A DNA stretch of 50,056 nucleotides, taken from IMG/VR virus record IMGVR_UViG_3300005526_000003, positions 1 to 50,056 of that record; one strand, given 5' to 3'. Of this stretch, positions 1 to 8,105 are shown piece after piece. A program made the position numbers and the translations under genes. The notes beneath the pieces are model-generated. The model did not search any database. It saw nothing but the letters and a program-made list of their open reading frames with translations, and was not told where the DNA came from. This DNA comes from a virus. Taxonomy: Duplodnaviria; Caudoviricetes. How positions within the stretch are numbered: position 1 is the stretch's first letter; every line of letters begins with the position of its first letter.

Positions 1-70
1 CCAAGGTGCTGCCTTGGGTGTACAAGGCGGGGAGGGTTTCGATCCCCGAAGGGTTGCTGGAGGCGAACTT
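1..70. repeat. 70-bp exact direct repeat with 49987-50056 (circular assembly overlap)
   Basis: ccaaggtgct...ggcgaactt is identical at both ends and an ORF reads through the junction. Confidence 0.95.
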
Positions 71-1051
71 GGTCGTATACCAGCCGGTGCGGCGCAAGAA
101 CTTCGAGGTGAGGTTGAGAGAAGTGGCGCCGGCGAGTATCGTACCAGTCGCGGTGAAGGGAGTGTAGCGCGCATCTGGGATGTACGAGTAGCGGGGCAGG
201 AGGCCCGCCGCGTTATAGAGCGGCTCTTGATCGCTGACGATCCAGATGTTGCTCAGAGTAGCGGGGACCGTAAAGGCAGCCGTTCCAATCGCATTCGTGT
301 AGACCAGGCCGCTGGTGCATACTATGATATCTCCATTCCCTGCATTGTTCAGGGCGTACTGGAGGCCGCAGTTCTGGTTATTCTTAGGCCCGGCGTTGCC
401 AGCCTGGTTGGGGAGCGTGTTCTGATTCGCTGTCCACACCAGGCCGCTGGGGAGGATGTAGCCGGGGATGTACGTCTCGGGCGCTGTCACCGCCGCTGGC
501 GGTGTGCAGCCCGTTGCATCTAGGGTGACGATCGAGAGGGTGGGGCTGTTCCCACTCTCCACCCCTCCCACCGAGGAGCGGGCGAAGTAACTGTATGGGC
601 TGCTGGGCGTGAGGCCGGTGTCGGTCCAAGAGGCGTAGAGGATGCCGTTGGTGCCGGAGGGGTGGGGGACTACTAGCCCCACCGCGGTATTGAGCGGGAC
701 GCCAGGGCCCAGCGGCATATCGCTGCGATAGAAATTGTACCCATCCGGATTGGAGCCGTCCGCCGGGGGCCAGAGCGTCATCCTCGCGCGGTTGCTGGTG
801 AAGCCGCCATTCCAAATAGCCTGGGGAGCCTGGGGTGTGACGCCGGGCTGAGTATAGGTGAGGACAGTCCCCGTTCCGCTGTACGAATAGGAACCCACGC
901 CAGCCGTCAGCGCGTAGGCGATCGGCGTCCGTACCGTAGAAGTGAGGTTCGCCGCCGACCCCTGCATCAGATAAACGCCCCCCAACGCCTGGAGCACGTA
1001 GGCGTGCGTCTGGCCTGGGAAGCGAACCCGGATACCGAGGTTCAGCCCCAT
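1..1051 (-). CDS. N-terminal part of a ~1412-aa fibre/depolymerase-like virion protein (continues at 49986-46799); contains an FN3-like domain
   Basis: ATG at 1051, just after the TAA of the upstream gene; open to base 1 and in frame with ORF 46799..50011 (…IETLPALYTQGSTL…); FN3-like W..P..GYNFYRS…WTDTGLTPSSPYSYFARS; absent from the ORF track because the window cuts it. Confidence 0.85.
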   Translation of the reverse strand, partial: MGLNLGIRVRFPGQTHAYVLQALGGVYLMQGSAANLTSTVRTPIAYALTAGVGSYSYSGTGTVLTYTQPGVTPQAPQAIWNGGFTSNRARMTLWPPADGSNPDGYNFYRSDMPLGPGVPLNTAVGLVVPHPSGTNGILYASWTDTGLTPSSPYSYFARSSVGGVESGNSPTLSIVTLDATGCTPPAAVTAPETYIPGYILPSGLVWTANQNTLPNQAGNAGPKNNQNCGLQYALNNAGNGDIIVCTSGLVYTNAIGTAAFTVPATLSNIWIVSDQEPLYNAAGLLPRYSYIPDARYTPFTATGTILAGATSLNLTSKFLRRTGWYTTKFASSNPSGIETLPALYTQGSTL

Positions 1052-1052
1052 C

Positions 1053-1490
1053 TTAGCTCATCTGGAGGATGCCGTTCGTGGCGTCGAACTGAACGGTGAA
1101 GGTATCACCATTCTGCATCGTTATCGAAGAGCCGTAGTCCCACCAGCCCAGTAGCGGCTTATTGGTGGGAGTAGTGGGAGTGGTGTCGTAGACGATGACA
1201 TAGCGGAACGGCCCCACCGCGCCCGTTGCTGACCAAGTAGGCGAGGCCGCCGTGCCTATGAACTTCCACAGTCCAGCAGACTGGGTACTCGACACGGTGG
1301 TGACGGTAGCTCCACCGGCGGTGTAGCCATTCGCCGTAGTCAGCTCACCGCCGGAGACGTCGGCATAGGCGGCGTTGCTGGAGACTGGCACTGTGTTCGT
1401 TAACAGTACCTTCAGCGAGTCGGTGGAGAGTATAACCCCTCCATTCCAGGGCAGCGCCGCTACCGAGTTGAATTTATTAAACGTTGCCAT
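1053..1490 (-). CDS. Conserved phage structural protein (MATFNKFN…LKVLLTN…ANGYTAGG…YGSSIT family)
   Basis: GGAG RBS; T/G/S-rich beta-type sequence resembling a family common in phage virion modules. Confidence 0.75.
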   Translation of the reverse strand: MATFNKFNSVAALPWNGGVILSTDSLKVLLTNTVPVSSNAAYADVSGGELTTANGYTAGGATVTTVSSTQSAGLWKFIGTAASPTWSATGAVGPFRYVIVYDTTPTTPTNKPLLGWWDYGSSITMQNGDTFTVQFDATNGILQMS

Positions 1491-1647
1491 CTGGCGGCTC
1501 CTTCACCGGCTCGGGCGGAGTATCCGGTGGAGTAGGAGTCGGAGGAGGTTGCTCAGTCGGGGGCTGCTCGGCACGCCGGGGTCCTCCCAGGGCTCCGCCC
1601 TTATGGTCATAGACTCCGGTTTCGGCTTTCAGAGTATAGTCGGTCAT
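1477..1647 (-). CDS. 56-aa Pro-rich protein with a YTLKAETGVYDHKG repeat unit
   Basis: Manual translation MTDYTLKAETGVYDHKGGALGGPRRAEQPPTEQPPPTPTPPDTPPEPVKEPPDGNV*; ATGA overlap with upstream stop; fills the operon gap. Confidence 0.6.
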   Translation of the reverse strand: MTDYTLKAETGVYDHKGGALGGPRRAEQPPTEQPPPTPTPPDTPPEPVKEPPDGNV

Positions 1648-2231
1648 GCTGGTCCAGCTCCTTGTATCACCACACCGACGAGCGAACCGGCAGTGCGGGC
1701 TGTTGCTTTCAGAACTAGGCCCCGCCAGGGACCCGTGGTTGAATGGCTGATTGCGGCCGAGATTCGAGTAGTAGCGCCGGTGATGGCCGCCGGCGCTGCG
1801 AATATCCGGAAGTAAGCGTGGTAGCCACCGGTTGCCGAGACCGACTGGGAGGTGCCTGAGGTGACGGTGTAGGTGGTCGGAGAGGGGGCTGTTACGATCG
1901 TGTACCAGCCATCTGTCGTGGGGCCGGTGCCAGTTATCCGGACGATATCGCCAGCCGCCACCCCGCCCCGGGCCTGCAGGTTCGGATCAGTTACCGTAAT
2001 CGTGGTGGTGGTCTGGGAGATCGAACAGGGGACCAGCGCGTCGGGGCTGTTATCGTCCGGAGTTAGGAAGTACGAATAGGTGATGGCGTTGTTGTCTTGA
2101 GACAGTATCCCTCCCGCCGTAACCCCGAAGGCGAGCTGAATGTAATCCAGGGGCAGGACAAGCGTCCCATCCACCTGCCACTTGGCTGTCCCAATAGCCG
2201 CCAGGGATTGGGAGTAGATTGGACTCCTCAT
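1644..2231 (-). CDS. Putative structural protein with FCCH-like small beta domain
   Basis: TITVTD…GVAAGDIVRITGTG…DGWYTIVTAPSPTTYTV pattern; translationally coupled to neighbours. Confidence 0.65.
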   Translation of the reverse strand: MRSPIYSQSLAAIGTAKWQVDGTLVLPLDYIQLAFGVTAGGILSQDNNAITYSYFLTPDDNSPDALVPCSISQTTTTITVTDPNLQARGGVAAGDIVRITGTGPTTDGWYTIVTAPSPTTYTVTSGTSQSVSATGGYHAYFRIFAAPAAITGATTRISAAISHSTTGPWRGLVLKATARTAGSLVGVVIQGAGPA

Positions 2232-2461
2232 ATCTTCGCTCCCCGCTTTCGCTGCTGCTGCATCCTGATCGGATGCGCGTCAGTGGGAGGGTGCTGTTCA
2301 ACCTGAAAGCCGGGGTTGGCCAAGTAGGGCGGCTTCGTCCCATGCGGACGGTAGCCGGAGGTGACGGGGAGGTGGCTCCCCTTACTCCGGTGGGCGAGGC
2401 TCGCCGGCGGGTGCGTCCCCTTGCTGGAGTTGTGTATCCCACCCTTTGATAGCTTGGCCAT
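2228..2461 (-). CDS. Small basic hypothetical protein
   Basis: AAGGG RBS-like sequence; in operon with overlap to the next gene. Confidence 0.6.
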   Translation of the reverse strand: MAKLSKGGIHNSSKGTHPPASLAHRSKGSHLPVTSGYRPHGTKPPYLANPGFQVEQHPPTDAHPIRMQQQRKRGAKI

Positions 2462-2467
2462 TTCAGT

Positions 2468-2755
2468 TCACCCTTTTGGTTTCCACGAGGGATGGGCAGC
2501 AGCTTGCTTATCAGCCGCCTTCTGCTCAGCCGCTTCTTCCTTCGCCGTCGCCTTCGCCTCGGCGGCATCGGCCTTCGCCTTAGCGGCGGCCTCAGCCTCA
2601 GCCTTCTCCTCCGCCTCAGTCTCCGCCTTCTCTTCCTTCATCCTATCCTCGACGTGCTTCGCCCAAAGCTCCTTCCTCCCCGCCCGGATGCGGCCGAAGA
2701 GGCGTTCCGCCGCCCAATCCTCCAGCGCAGCCACTCGTTGCTCTAAGCTCATCAT
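2468..2755 (-). CDS. Ala/Glu/Lys-rich coiled-coil hypothetical protein
   Basis: Likely start MMSLEQRV after AAGGAG, directly after the TerS stop. Confidence 0.6.
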   Translation of the reverse strand: MMSLEQRVAALEDWAAERLFGRIRAGRKELWAKHVEDRMKEEKAETEAEEKAEAEAAAKAKADAAEAKATAKEEAAEQKAADKQAAAHPSWKPKG

Positions 2756-2756
2756 G

Positions 2757-3326
2757 TCATTCTCCTTTACTGCTCGTATCAGTAACCGGCGTAATCTGAC
2801 CCTCAATGACTTCCGCCTTCCGGCGTCTCAGCAGATCTACTAGGTTATTGCCTAGTTCCTCGAGGTGAACGTGGGTCTCTTGGATCGACACGCGGGCACC
2901 CTTATCTCCCAGGCCGAGATTCGACCCCGCCATCTTGGCGACCTGGACCGCCAGTTGATCCGGAACCTTGTCCGGAGTGGCGTCCAGCTTATAGCGGAGG
3001 ATCTCGAGGCTGCGGGAGAGGATGCCCTCGAATTGATTCTTCAGGGAGGCTCTGACTTCAGGATCGACCAGCTTATCCCGGCGCTCGGCGAGGCGGCTCT
3101 GGAATAGGTCGGAGCAGATAATCGTGCTGATCCAGCTCGCGCTCATGCCGAAGCGATCCGCTAGCTCGTTCTGGGAGATCCAAGGCTCAGCGATCAATTG
3201 ATCTATGAGAGCCTCATGCGTATAGCGGAGCTTCTGAAGTGGCTCCCGGCGCGGCGCGAGCGGGGAGGCGCCCGGCACTACCTCACCAGGCTTCGCATCC
3301 ACCAACGCTTGGAGCAGGGGATTCAT
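2757..3326 (-). CDS. terS: Probable terminase small subunit (HTH)
   Basis: HTH-like ISQNELADRFGMSASWISTII; first gene of the late arm; GGGAG RBS; assignment is by position and motif only. Confidence 0.6.
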   Translation of the reverse strand: MNPLLQALVDAKPGEVVPGASPLAPRREPLQKLRYTHEALIDQLIAEPWISQNELADRFGMSASWISTIICSDLFQSRLAERRDKLVDPEVRASLKNQFEGILSRSLEILRYKLDATPDKVPDQLAVQVAKMAGSNLGLGDKGARVSIQETHVHLEELGNNLVDLLRRRKAEVIEGQITPVTDTSSKGE

Positions 3327-3400
3327 CTATTCTCCCATGCCCCCTGAGTTAGGTCAATTTCGGCCCCCGCAAACTCAGTGGATTTGTCAGCTCGCCCGCG

Positions 3401-3430
3401 ATTATCCCCCGGCTCGCCGGCGAGTGTCAA
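3401..3430 (-). promoter_or_regulatory. Sigma70-type promoter for the late arm
   Basis: TTGACA (3430-3425), 18-bp spacer, GATAAT (3406-3401) on the minus strand. Confidence 0.6.
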
Positions 3431-3455
3431 TCAAGCACTCGAAGTGCTGGCGGTT

Positions 3456-3498
3456 ATTATACGGGTATATAACACCATGTGTTATACGGTGGTATAAT
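3456..3498. promoter_or_regulatory. Symmetric divergent promoter/operator with palindrome ATAACA-N5-TGTTAT (copy 1, 3469-3485)
   Basis: TATAAT on + (3493-3498, TGn-extended) and on - (3461-3456), each 17 bp from a TAACAC half-site. Confidence 0.75.
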
Positions 3499-3637
3499 AC
3501 AGGTGCCGCAGTATCGCAAGGAGGATTGGGCGCGCGCGCGTGCGCAGCGGAATTTTCCCCCCTCCCCTTCGCTGGCGCAGCGGAACGCCCGGCGAGGCTG
3601 ATTGTCGCACCAGCGACGCAATCGAATCGCGGGCGCG

Positions 3638-3703
3638 TGTTGCGCTGCACCATGACCAGCCGCCGGTGTTGCACTGCACCATCAGCCACGTTGCGGTGCA
3701 GCA
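3638..3703. repeat. Three GTTGCRSTGCASCA boxes (3638-3652, 3667-3681, 3689-3703), PhaR-box-like
   Basis: tgttgcgctgcacca / tgttgcactgcacca / cgttgcggtgcagca. Confidence 0.6.
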
Positions 3704-3776
3704 CCTCATGCATGCGGCATGCCTGGCGCACCTCGCCAATTGTTACAACTGAAATAATCGGGATGCGCGAAACCCG

Positions 3777-3806
3777 TTGACGGCGAAGCCGCGCTCGTGG
3801 TAGGTT
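3777..3806 (+). promoter_or_regulatory. Early promoter for the 3855 gene
   Basis: TTGACG, 18-bp spacer, TAGGTT preceded by TG (extended -10). Confidence 0.5.
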
Positions 3807-3854
3807 TCACATCGACCCCGCCCAATTGCGGGCGGATTTCGGAGACTCGCTCAC

Positions 3855-4454
3855 ATGAACACTCAAACGACTCCCAAATTCCGCGAATCGTCCGTGACGG
3901 CTGTCACGCGCGACGCGGCTGGCATTACGGTTTGGTTCCGCGAAGTTCGCAAGCGTGCGGATGGCGAAGGGGTGGAAACGGTTCGCGTACTCGACCCCAT
4001 CACGCTGGCGTATTCCGACTGCTCCGAGGCCGTGCGCGCCGAGGCGCTCGGGTATGGGTTCGAGGTGCGGCTGACGCGGCAGGCCGCGATGGAGCGCGAC
4101 CCCCGCACGCACAAGCCCGTCTCGGTGGAGGTGAAGGCGGCGGCGGTTCGCGAGCTTCGCGACCATTACGCCTCCGGGACCGACTCTTGGACGTTGGCGG
4201 CTGGCGGCGGCGGGGGCGGTGGGCTGTCGGCTGAAACGAAGGCCCTCATTCAGGCCGTTCAACGGGTGTACGGGTTGGAGGCGGATGTGGCCGAGGAGGC
4301 CGTGCGCGCCATGTCGGGGCCGGAGCGGGATGCGCTGCGGGTGGACGCGGAGATCAAGGCCGTACTCGACACCATCTACGCGCAGCGCGCGGGCGCGGCT
4401 GACGCGGGGGCGCTCAAGGCGAAGCTCGCGGGCCTGGTCAAGAAGGCGGGCTGA
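3855..4454 (+). CDS. First early protein, unknown function; paralog of 10209..10850
   Basis: GGAG RBS, own promoter and terminator; aligns with the 10209 protein. Confidence 0.85.
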   Translation: MNTQTTPKFRESSVTAVTRDAAGITVWFREVRKRADGEGVETVRVLDPITLAYSDCSEAVRAEALGYGFEVRLTRQAAMERDPRTHKPVSVEVKAAAVRELRDHYASGTDSWTLAAGGGGGGGLSAETKALIQAVQRVYGLEADVAEEAVRAMSGPERDALRVDAEIKAVLDTIYAQRAGAADAGALKAKLAGLVKKAG

Positions 4455-4469
4455 ATCGGGGCGAATTGC

Positions 4470-4497
4470 GAGGGGGCTTCGGCCCCCTCTCTTTTTG
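4470..4497 (+). terminator. Rho-independent terminator
   Basis: gagggggc-TTCG-gccccctc followed by tctttttg. Confidence 0.9.
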
Positions 4498-4557
4498 TCC
4501 AGCTCTCTTGTAGTCCAGACGCCGACCCGCCACTCTGCTGGCGTGCTGGGGGTTGTA

Positions 4558-4817
4558 CAACAACAACAACAACAACCACCAAAACCAAGCACGAACCCCT
4601 CATTCCCCCCGGGCATAATCGCCCAGTCAGGGGTGTGCTCAGCTGAGCGGGGTATAGGGGCTTGATTCTCATTTTTTTTTCCTTCAAAAAGACATAACGC
4701 TCAGACGACATCCCTAGGCGGCTAAGACGACTGGGGAGGAGGCCAGCTGGGCGGGTTTCACCATGGGGAAAGGGAGGCAATCGTATTGGGTTTTGGTTGT
4801 TGTTGTTGCGGTTGTTG
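4558..4817. repeat. Large imperfect inverted repeat with (CAA)n/(TTG)n arms around a T9 tract; candidate replication origin
   Basis: 4558-4610 versus reverse complement of 4765-4817: about 40 of 53 match; inner pairs cgcccag/ctgggcg and ctgagcg/cgctcag. Confidence 0.75.
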
Positions 4818-4931
4818 CTCAAGCTCCACGGTCAGCACTCAATGTCCTCCCTTGCCAGCACCCCGCCGGTGTGCCACAATACCCGAGATCGGGACCCGAC
4901 GGCACCACACTTCCCCCGGAGGCAGGCGAAA

Positions 4932-5408
4932 ATGACCGGCAGTCGATTCGACAAGGGTAACACAGCGGCAGCTCGCCTCACCGCCGAGCACGTCTTCTCG
5001 ATTAGGGAGCGCTATGCGAACCGGCAGTCCACGCAGAGGCAGCTCGCCGCCGAGTTCGGTGTCACCATCACCACGATCAGCAATATCGTGCATGGACTGA
5101 CCTGGCAGCGCGTACCGCGTCCAGAGTCGCCCGAGGATGTTGAGCATCGCATTGCGGAGAGCCAACGCCGGTTGCAGGCGCTACTCCAGCACGACGCCGC
5201 GGATGAGGCGATTGAGAAGCAAATTCTCGACCTCACCGCGCCCAAACTCGCGGTGCAACCGCCCAGATCAATTTCAGAGAATGCGGCCGATCTGGCCAGC
5301 ATGGCAGAAGGCCTCCGCAAGCGGAAGGCCGATCTTGACTCGCAAGCAACTGAGGAGACTCGCGATGACCAATCCCACGATAATTCAGGCTCTCAACCAA
5401 CTGAGTGA
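4932..5408 (+). CDS. HTH DNA-binding protein
   Basis: ARLTAEHVFSIRERY…QRQLAAEFGVTITTISNIVHG; GGAGG upstream of ATG 4932. Confidence 0.75.
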   Translation: MTGSRFDKGNTAAARLTAEHVFSIRERYANRQSTQRQLAAEFGVTITTISNIVHGLTWQRVPRPESPEDVEHRIAESQRRLQALLQHDAADEAIEKQILDLTAPKLAVQPPRSISENAADLASMAEGLRKRKADLDSQATEETRDDQSHDNSGSQPTE

Positions 5409-5862
5409 AGAGCACGCCAGGCGGATGCGCCGCTGGCAGTTCACCATCAACATGCACCTCCCTCTCTTCGATATCCTCACGGATAAGGAGGTGGAGTTCG
5501 CCTTCGACACACACGATTCGGCGATAACTCTCCGAGTAGCGGGGGATGGGGAGCGATTCAAGACGATCTGGCGTACCCTCCGGCAGGCCGGCTGGCATCC
5601 TAACAATCACCCCAAGCCGGAGGCGGTTAGCTCGTTCTGCTGCTTCTGGAGCTATCCGAGGGAGGGGAAGGATCGCTGGGATCACGACGAGCGATTCGTC
5701 CAGCTCTGGTATACCTACTCTTCCACAGTCTGTAAGATGAAGAAGATAGGGACACGCCAGGTGACTCGGGAGGAGGACGTTTACGAAGTAGACTGTGGGC
5801 AAACGCCGCTCGGGGAGCTGCTCGCCAGCGAGAACGACAATCCGCAAGTTCGGGAGGGCTGA
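5365..5862 (+). CDS. Hypothetical protein
   Basis: GAGGAG RBS before ATG 5365. Confidence 0.7.
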   Translation: MTNPTIIQALNQLSEEHARRMRRWQFTINMHLPLFDILTDKEVEFAFDTHDSAITLRVAGDGERFKTIWRTLRQAGWHPNNHPKPEAVSSFCCFWSYPREGKDRWDHDERFVQLWYTYSSTVCKMKKIGTRQVTREEDVYEVDCGQTPLGELLASENDNPQVREG

Positions 5863-5865
5863 GTC

Positions 5866-6069
5866 ATGGAAGTTCCAGTAACACTGCTGGCCCAAGCTCT
5901 TCGAGAGGCTTGGGACAAGCAGGATGCTCGGGGGAACTACCCCGAGTGTCATGGTATTGTGCTAGCAGCTCAGTCCATAGCAGATGTGCTCAAGACAATC
6001 AACCCCAGCCTAGATCCTGAGACTTTCCTAAAGGATGCTGGAATGGGCCACTGGAGGAGGCAATCATGA
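5866..6069 (+). CDS. Small hypothetical protein (…INPSLDPETFLKDAG motif)
   Basis: GGAGG RBS; operon spacing. Confidence 0.65.
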   Translation: MEVPVTLLAQALREAWDKQDARGNYPECHGIVLAAQSIADVLKTINPSLDPETFLKDAGMGHWRRQS

Positions 6070-6323
6070 TTCTCTACTATCTGACCGACGACGAGGGGGA
6101 GCACATCATGACTGCTCCCCTCTCCACCATTGCTCATTTCTACCGACTCCACCCCGATGCGATTCGGCGGATTGAGAAGGAGACCGTTAGCCTCAAAGGC
6201 ATCTGTACTCTCTCCTTCGGCTCCCTCTACGAAGGAGCCCGAGTTTCGAGGGTGCACGTTCGCCGGCTGCCCGAGGAGATACCCTCCGCTCCCATTACTG
6301 TGACGATCCACGATAGGAGATAG
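6066..6323 (+). CDS. Hypothetical protein
   Basis: ATGA overlap; GGAGG RBS. Confidence 0.6.
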   Translation: MILYYLTDDEGEHIMTAPLSTIAHFYRLHPDAIRRIEKETVSLKGICTLSFGSLYEGARVSRVHVRRLPEEIPSAPITVTIHDRR

Positions 6324-6327
6324 GAAG

Positions 6328-6522
6328 ATGAAGACTCGCAAGACCATCTCCGCACTCGTCCGGCGCAACGCCGAGGCCTGTGCGAATGCCTGGAAGCCGC
6401 GCTGCACTTGCCAGTGCAAGCGGACCCTCCACCGAAAGCCCCACTCGGAGGAGTGGATGCAGGAGACCATTGAGCGGCTCGTCGCGGAGCACGAGGCCGA
6501 GACGGGGGAGGCACTCGAATGA
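6328..6522 (+). CDS. Small Cys/His protein, probably Zn-binding
   Basis: CANAWKPRCTCQCKRTLH. Confidence 0.6.
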   Translation: MKTRKTISALVRRNAEACANAWKPRCTCQCKRTLHRKPHSEEWMQETIERLVAEHEAETGEALE

Positions 6523-8015
6523 ATATCCTCACTCAAATAATCCCGGAGCCCTCCGGGGGCTCCGGCGCTCCGTCCCGGAGTTGGAAGGCCTCTCCCCTCC
6601 AAGAAGCAATCTTCTCCGCAGTTCGGGAGACTCTCGATCCTGTGATCGTGGAGGCAGTCGCCGGCGGGGCCAAGACCACTACCATCATAGCGGCAACCGA
6701 GTGGACGGCTGATCCCACTCTCTTCCTCGCCTTCAACAAGAGCATCGCGGAGGACATTCGGGGGAAGCTCAGGAAGGGAGAGGCCAAGACCCTCAATGCT
6801 CTCGGGCATCGGCTCTGGATGATTAATCAACCTCAGGCTCGGCTGGACGCCAGGAAGACCGAGAAGTTGATTGAGAAAGTCCTCCCCTCCGAGGATGTGA
6901 GGCGGAAGTTCGGCTACATCCTGGGGAGAGTAATCTCCACGGCCAAGGCTAACGGGCTTGGGATTGACTCCGAAGTAAATGCCAGCGACTTCGACCGCTT
7001 TATAACTAATGGGGAGTGGGATATCGATGACTCAGACATTATGGCTGCGGCACACTACGCCGCCCAAGTATTCAACTTCTCCCGTTCTGACGTGGCCACC
7101 TTTGACTTTGATGACCAGCTCTACGGGCCAGTCTATCACGGCTGGCACTTCCCAAGCTTCGGCACCGTTCTTCTGGACGAGGCGCAGGATCTCAACCGGA
7201 TTCAGCATCTCTTCGTCGAGCAGCTACTCAATCAAACGGCCAGGCTCATCGCAGTCGGGGACCGACACCAGGCCATCTATGCGTTCCGAGGGGCGCTCTT
7301 CAATAGTTTGGATCTGCTGAAGGAGCACTTCCGGATGAGGGAGATGCCCCTCTCGATCACCTACCGCTGTCCTCAGCGGGTGGTGACGCAGGCACAGCAG
7401 CTCGTCCCCCATATCCAGGCGAGGGAGGGAGCACCCGACGGTATGGTCCTTCATCAGTCCGACACCTCCGACGACGACCCCGAGGTCTTCTTCGGGGAGG
7501 ACCAGCTGGTCCTCTGCCGCAACAACGCTCCCCTCTTCGCCGCCGTCATGCGGCAGGTCCGAGCGAGGCAGCCATGCCGGGTGCTCAGCAACGCCCTCGA
7601 GGGGCTCGCCTCGTTCATCAAGCGATTCCGAACTCAGGATGTTCAGGCGCTCCTGATCCGGGTCGATCGCTGGTTGGATAAGGAGACCCTCGCCGCCGAG
7701 TCGAAGGGAATGCCCTGGAAGGTCGCTGCCCTAGCCGACAAGGCCGCAACTGTCCGCAGCCTGGCCGAGGGCTTCACCACTACGGATGAGGTGCTGAATG
7801 TCATACGACAGCTTGCAGAAGGAAGGACTGGTCCCTTGTTCAGCACAATACACAAAGCCAAGGGCCTTGAGGCTGACCACGTTTACTTTCTCCGGCCTGA
7901 CCTCGTGCCGGGCTGGTGGATTAAGGAGGAGGCCGCCCTTCAACAAGAATACAATCTTCGCTATGTTGCTATCACGCGTGCGAAGCAAACTCTCACGTAT
8001 GGAGTAAGGAAATAG
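6519..8015 (+). CDS. SF1 UvrD/Rep-like DNA helicase
   Basis: EAVAGGAKTT, LAFNK, LLDEAQD, VGDRHQAIYAFRG, TYRCP, STIHKAKGLE, YVAITRAK. Confidence 0.92.
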   Translation: MNILTQIIPEPSGGSGAPSRSWKASPLQEAIFSAVRETLDPVIVEAVAGGAKTTTIIAATEWTADPTLFLAFNKSIAEDIRGKLRKGEAKTLNALGHRLWMINQPQARLDARKTEKLIEKVLPSEDVRRKFGYILGRVISTAKANGLGIDSEVNASDFDRFITNGEWDIDDSDIMAAAHYAAQVFNFSRSDVATFDFDDQLYGPVYHGWHFPSFGTVLLDEAQDLNRIQHLFVEQLLNQTARLIAVGDRHQAIYAFRGALFNSLDLLKEHFRMREMPLSITYRCPQRVVTQAQQLVPHIQAREGAPDGMVLHQSDTSDDDPEVFFGEDQLVLCRNNAPLFAAVMRQVRARQPCRVLSNALEGLASFIKRFRTQDVQALLIRVDRWLDKETLAAESKGMPWKVAALADKAATVRSLAEGFTTTDEVLNVIRQLAEGRTGPLFSTIHKAKGLEADHVYFLRPDLVPGWWIKEEAALQQEYNLRYVAITRAKQTLTYGVRK

Positions 8016-8105
8016 ACAGGATCGATTGGATCTGGGAAGACCCGGAGGGGGACGACGACGAGTCCTCCCCCTTCGGCTTCAACGAAGACTTCGAATCGGA
8101 GGAGT

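Noticed and set aside
1-70. 70-bp terminal repeat as a biological direct terminal repeat
   Set aside because: It falls in the middle of a continuous ORF, which is typical of assembler circular overlap
3337-3780. ORFs in the divergent control region
   Set aside because: The region is occupied by promoters and repeats; translations are unconvincing
4376-4960. ORFs with poly-Q/N/V/C/L runs across the CAA/TTG tracts; CRISPR array
   Set aside because: Low-complexity translations of the repeat arms; no repeat-spacer periodicity
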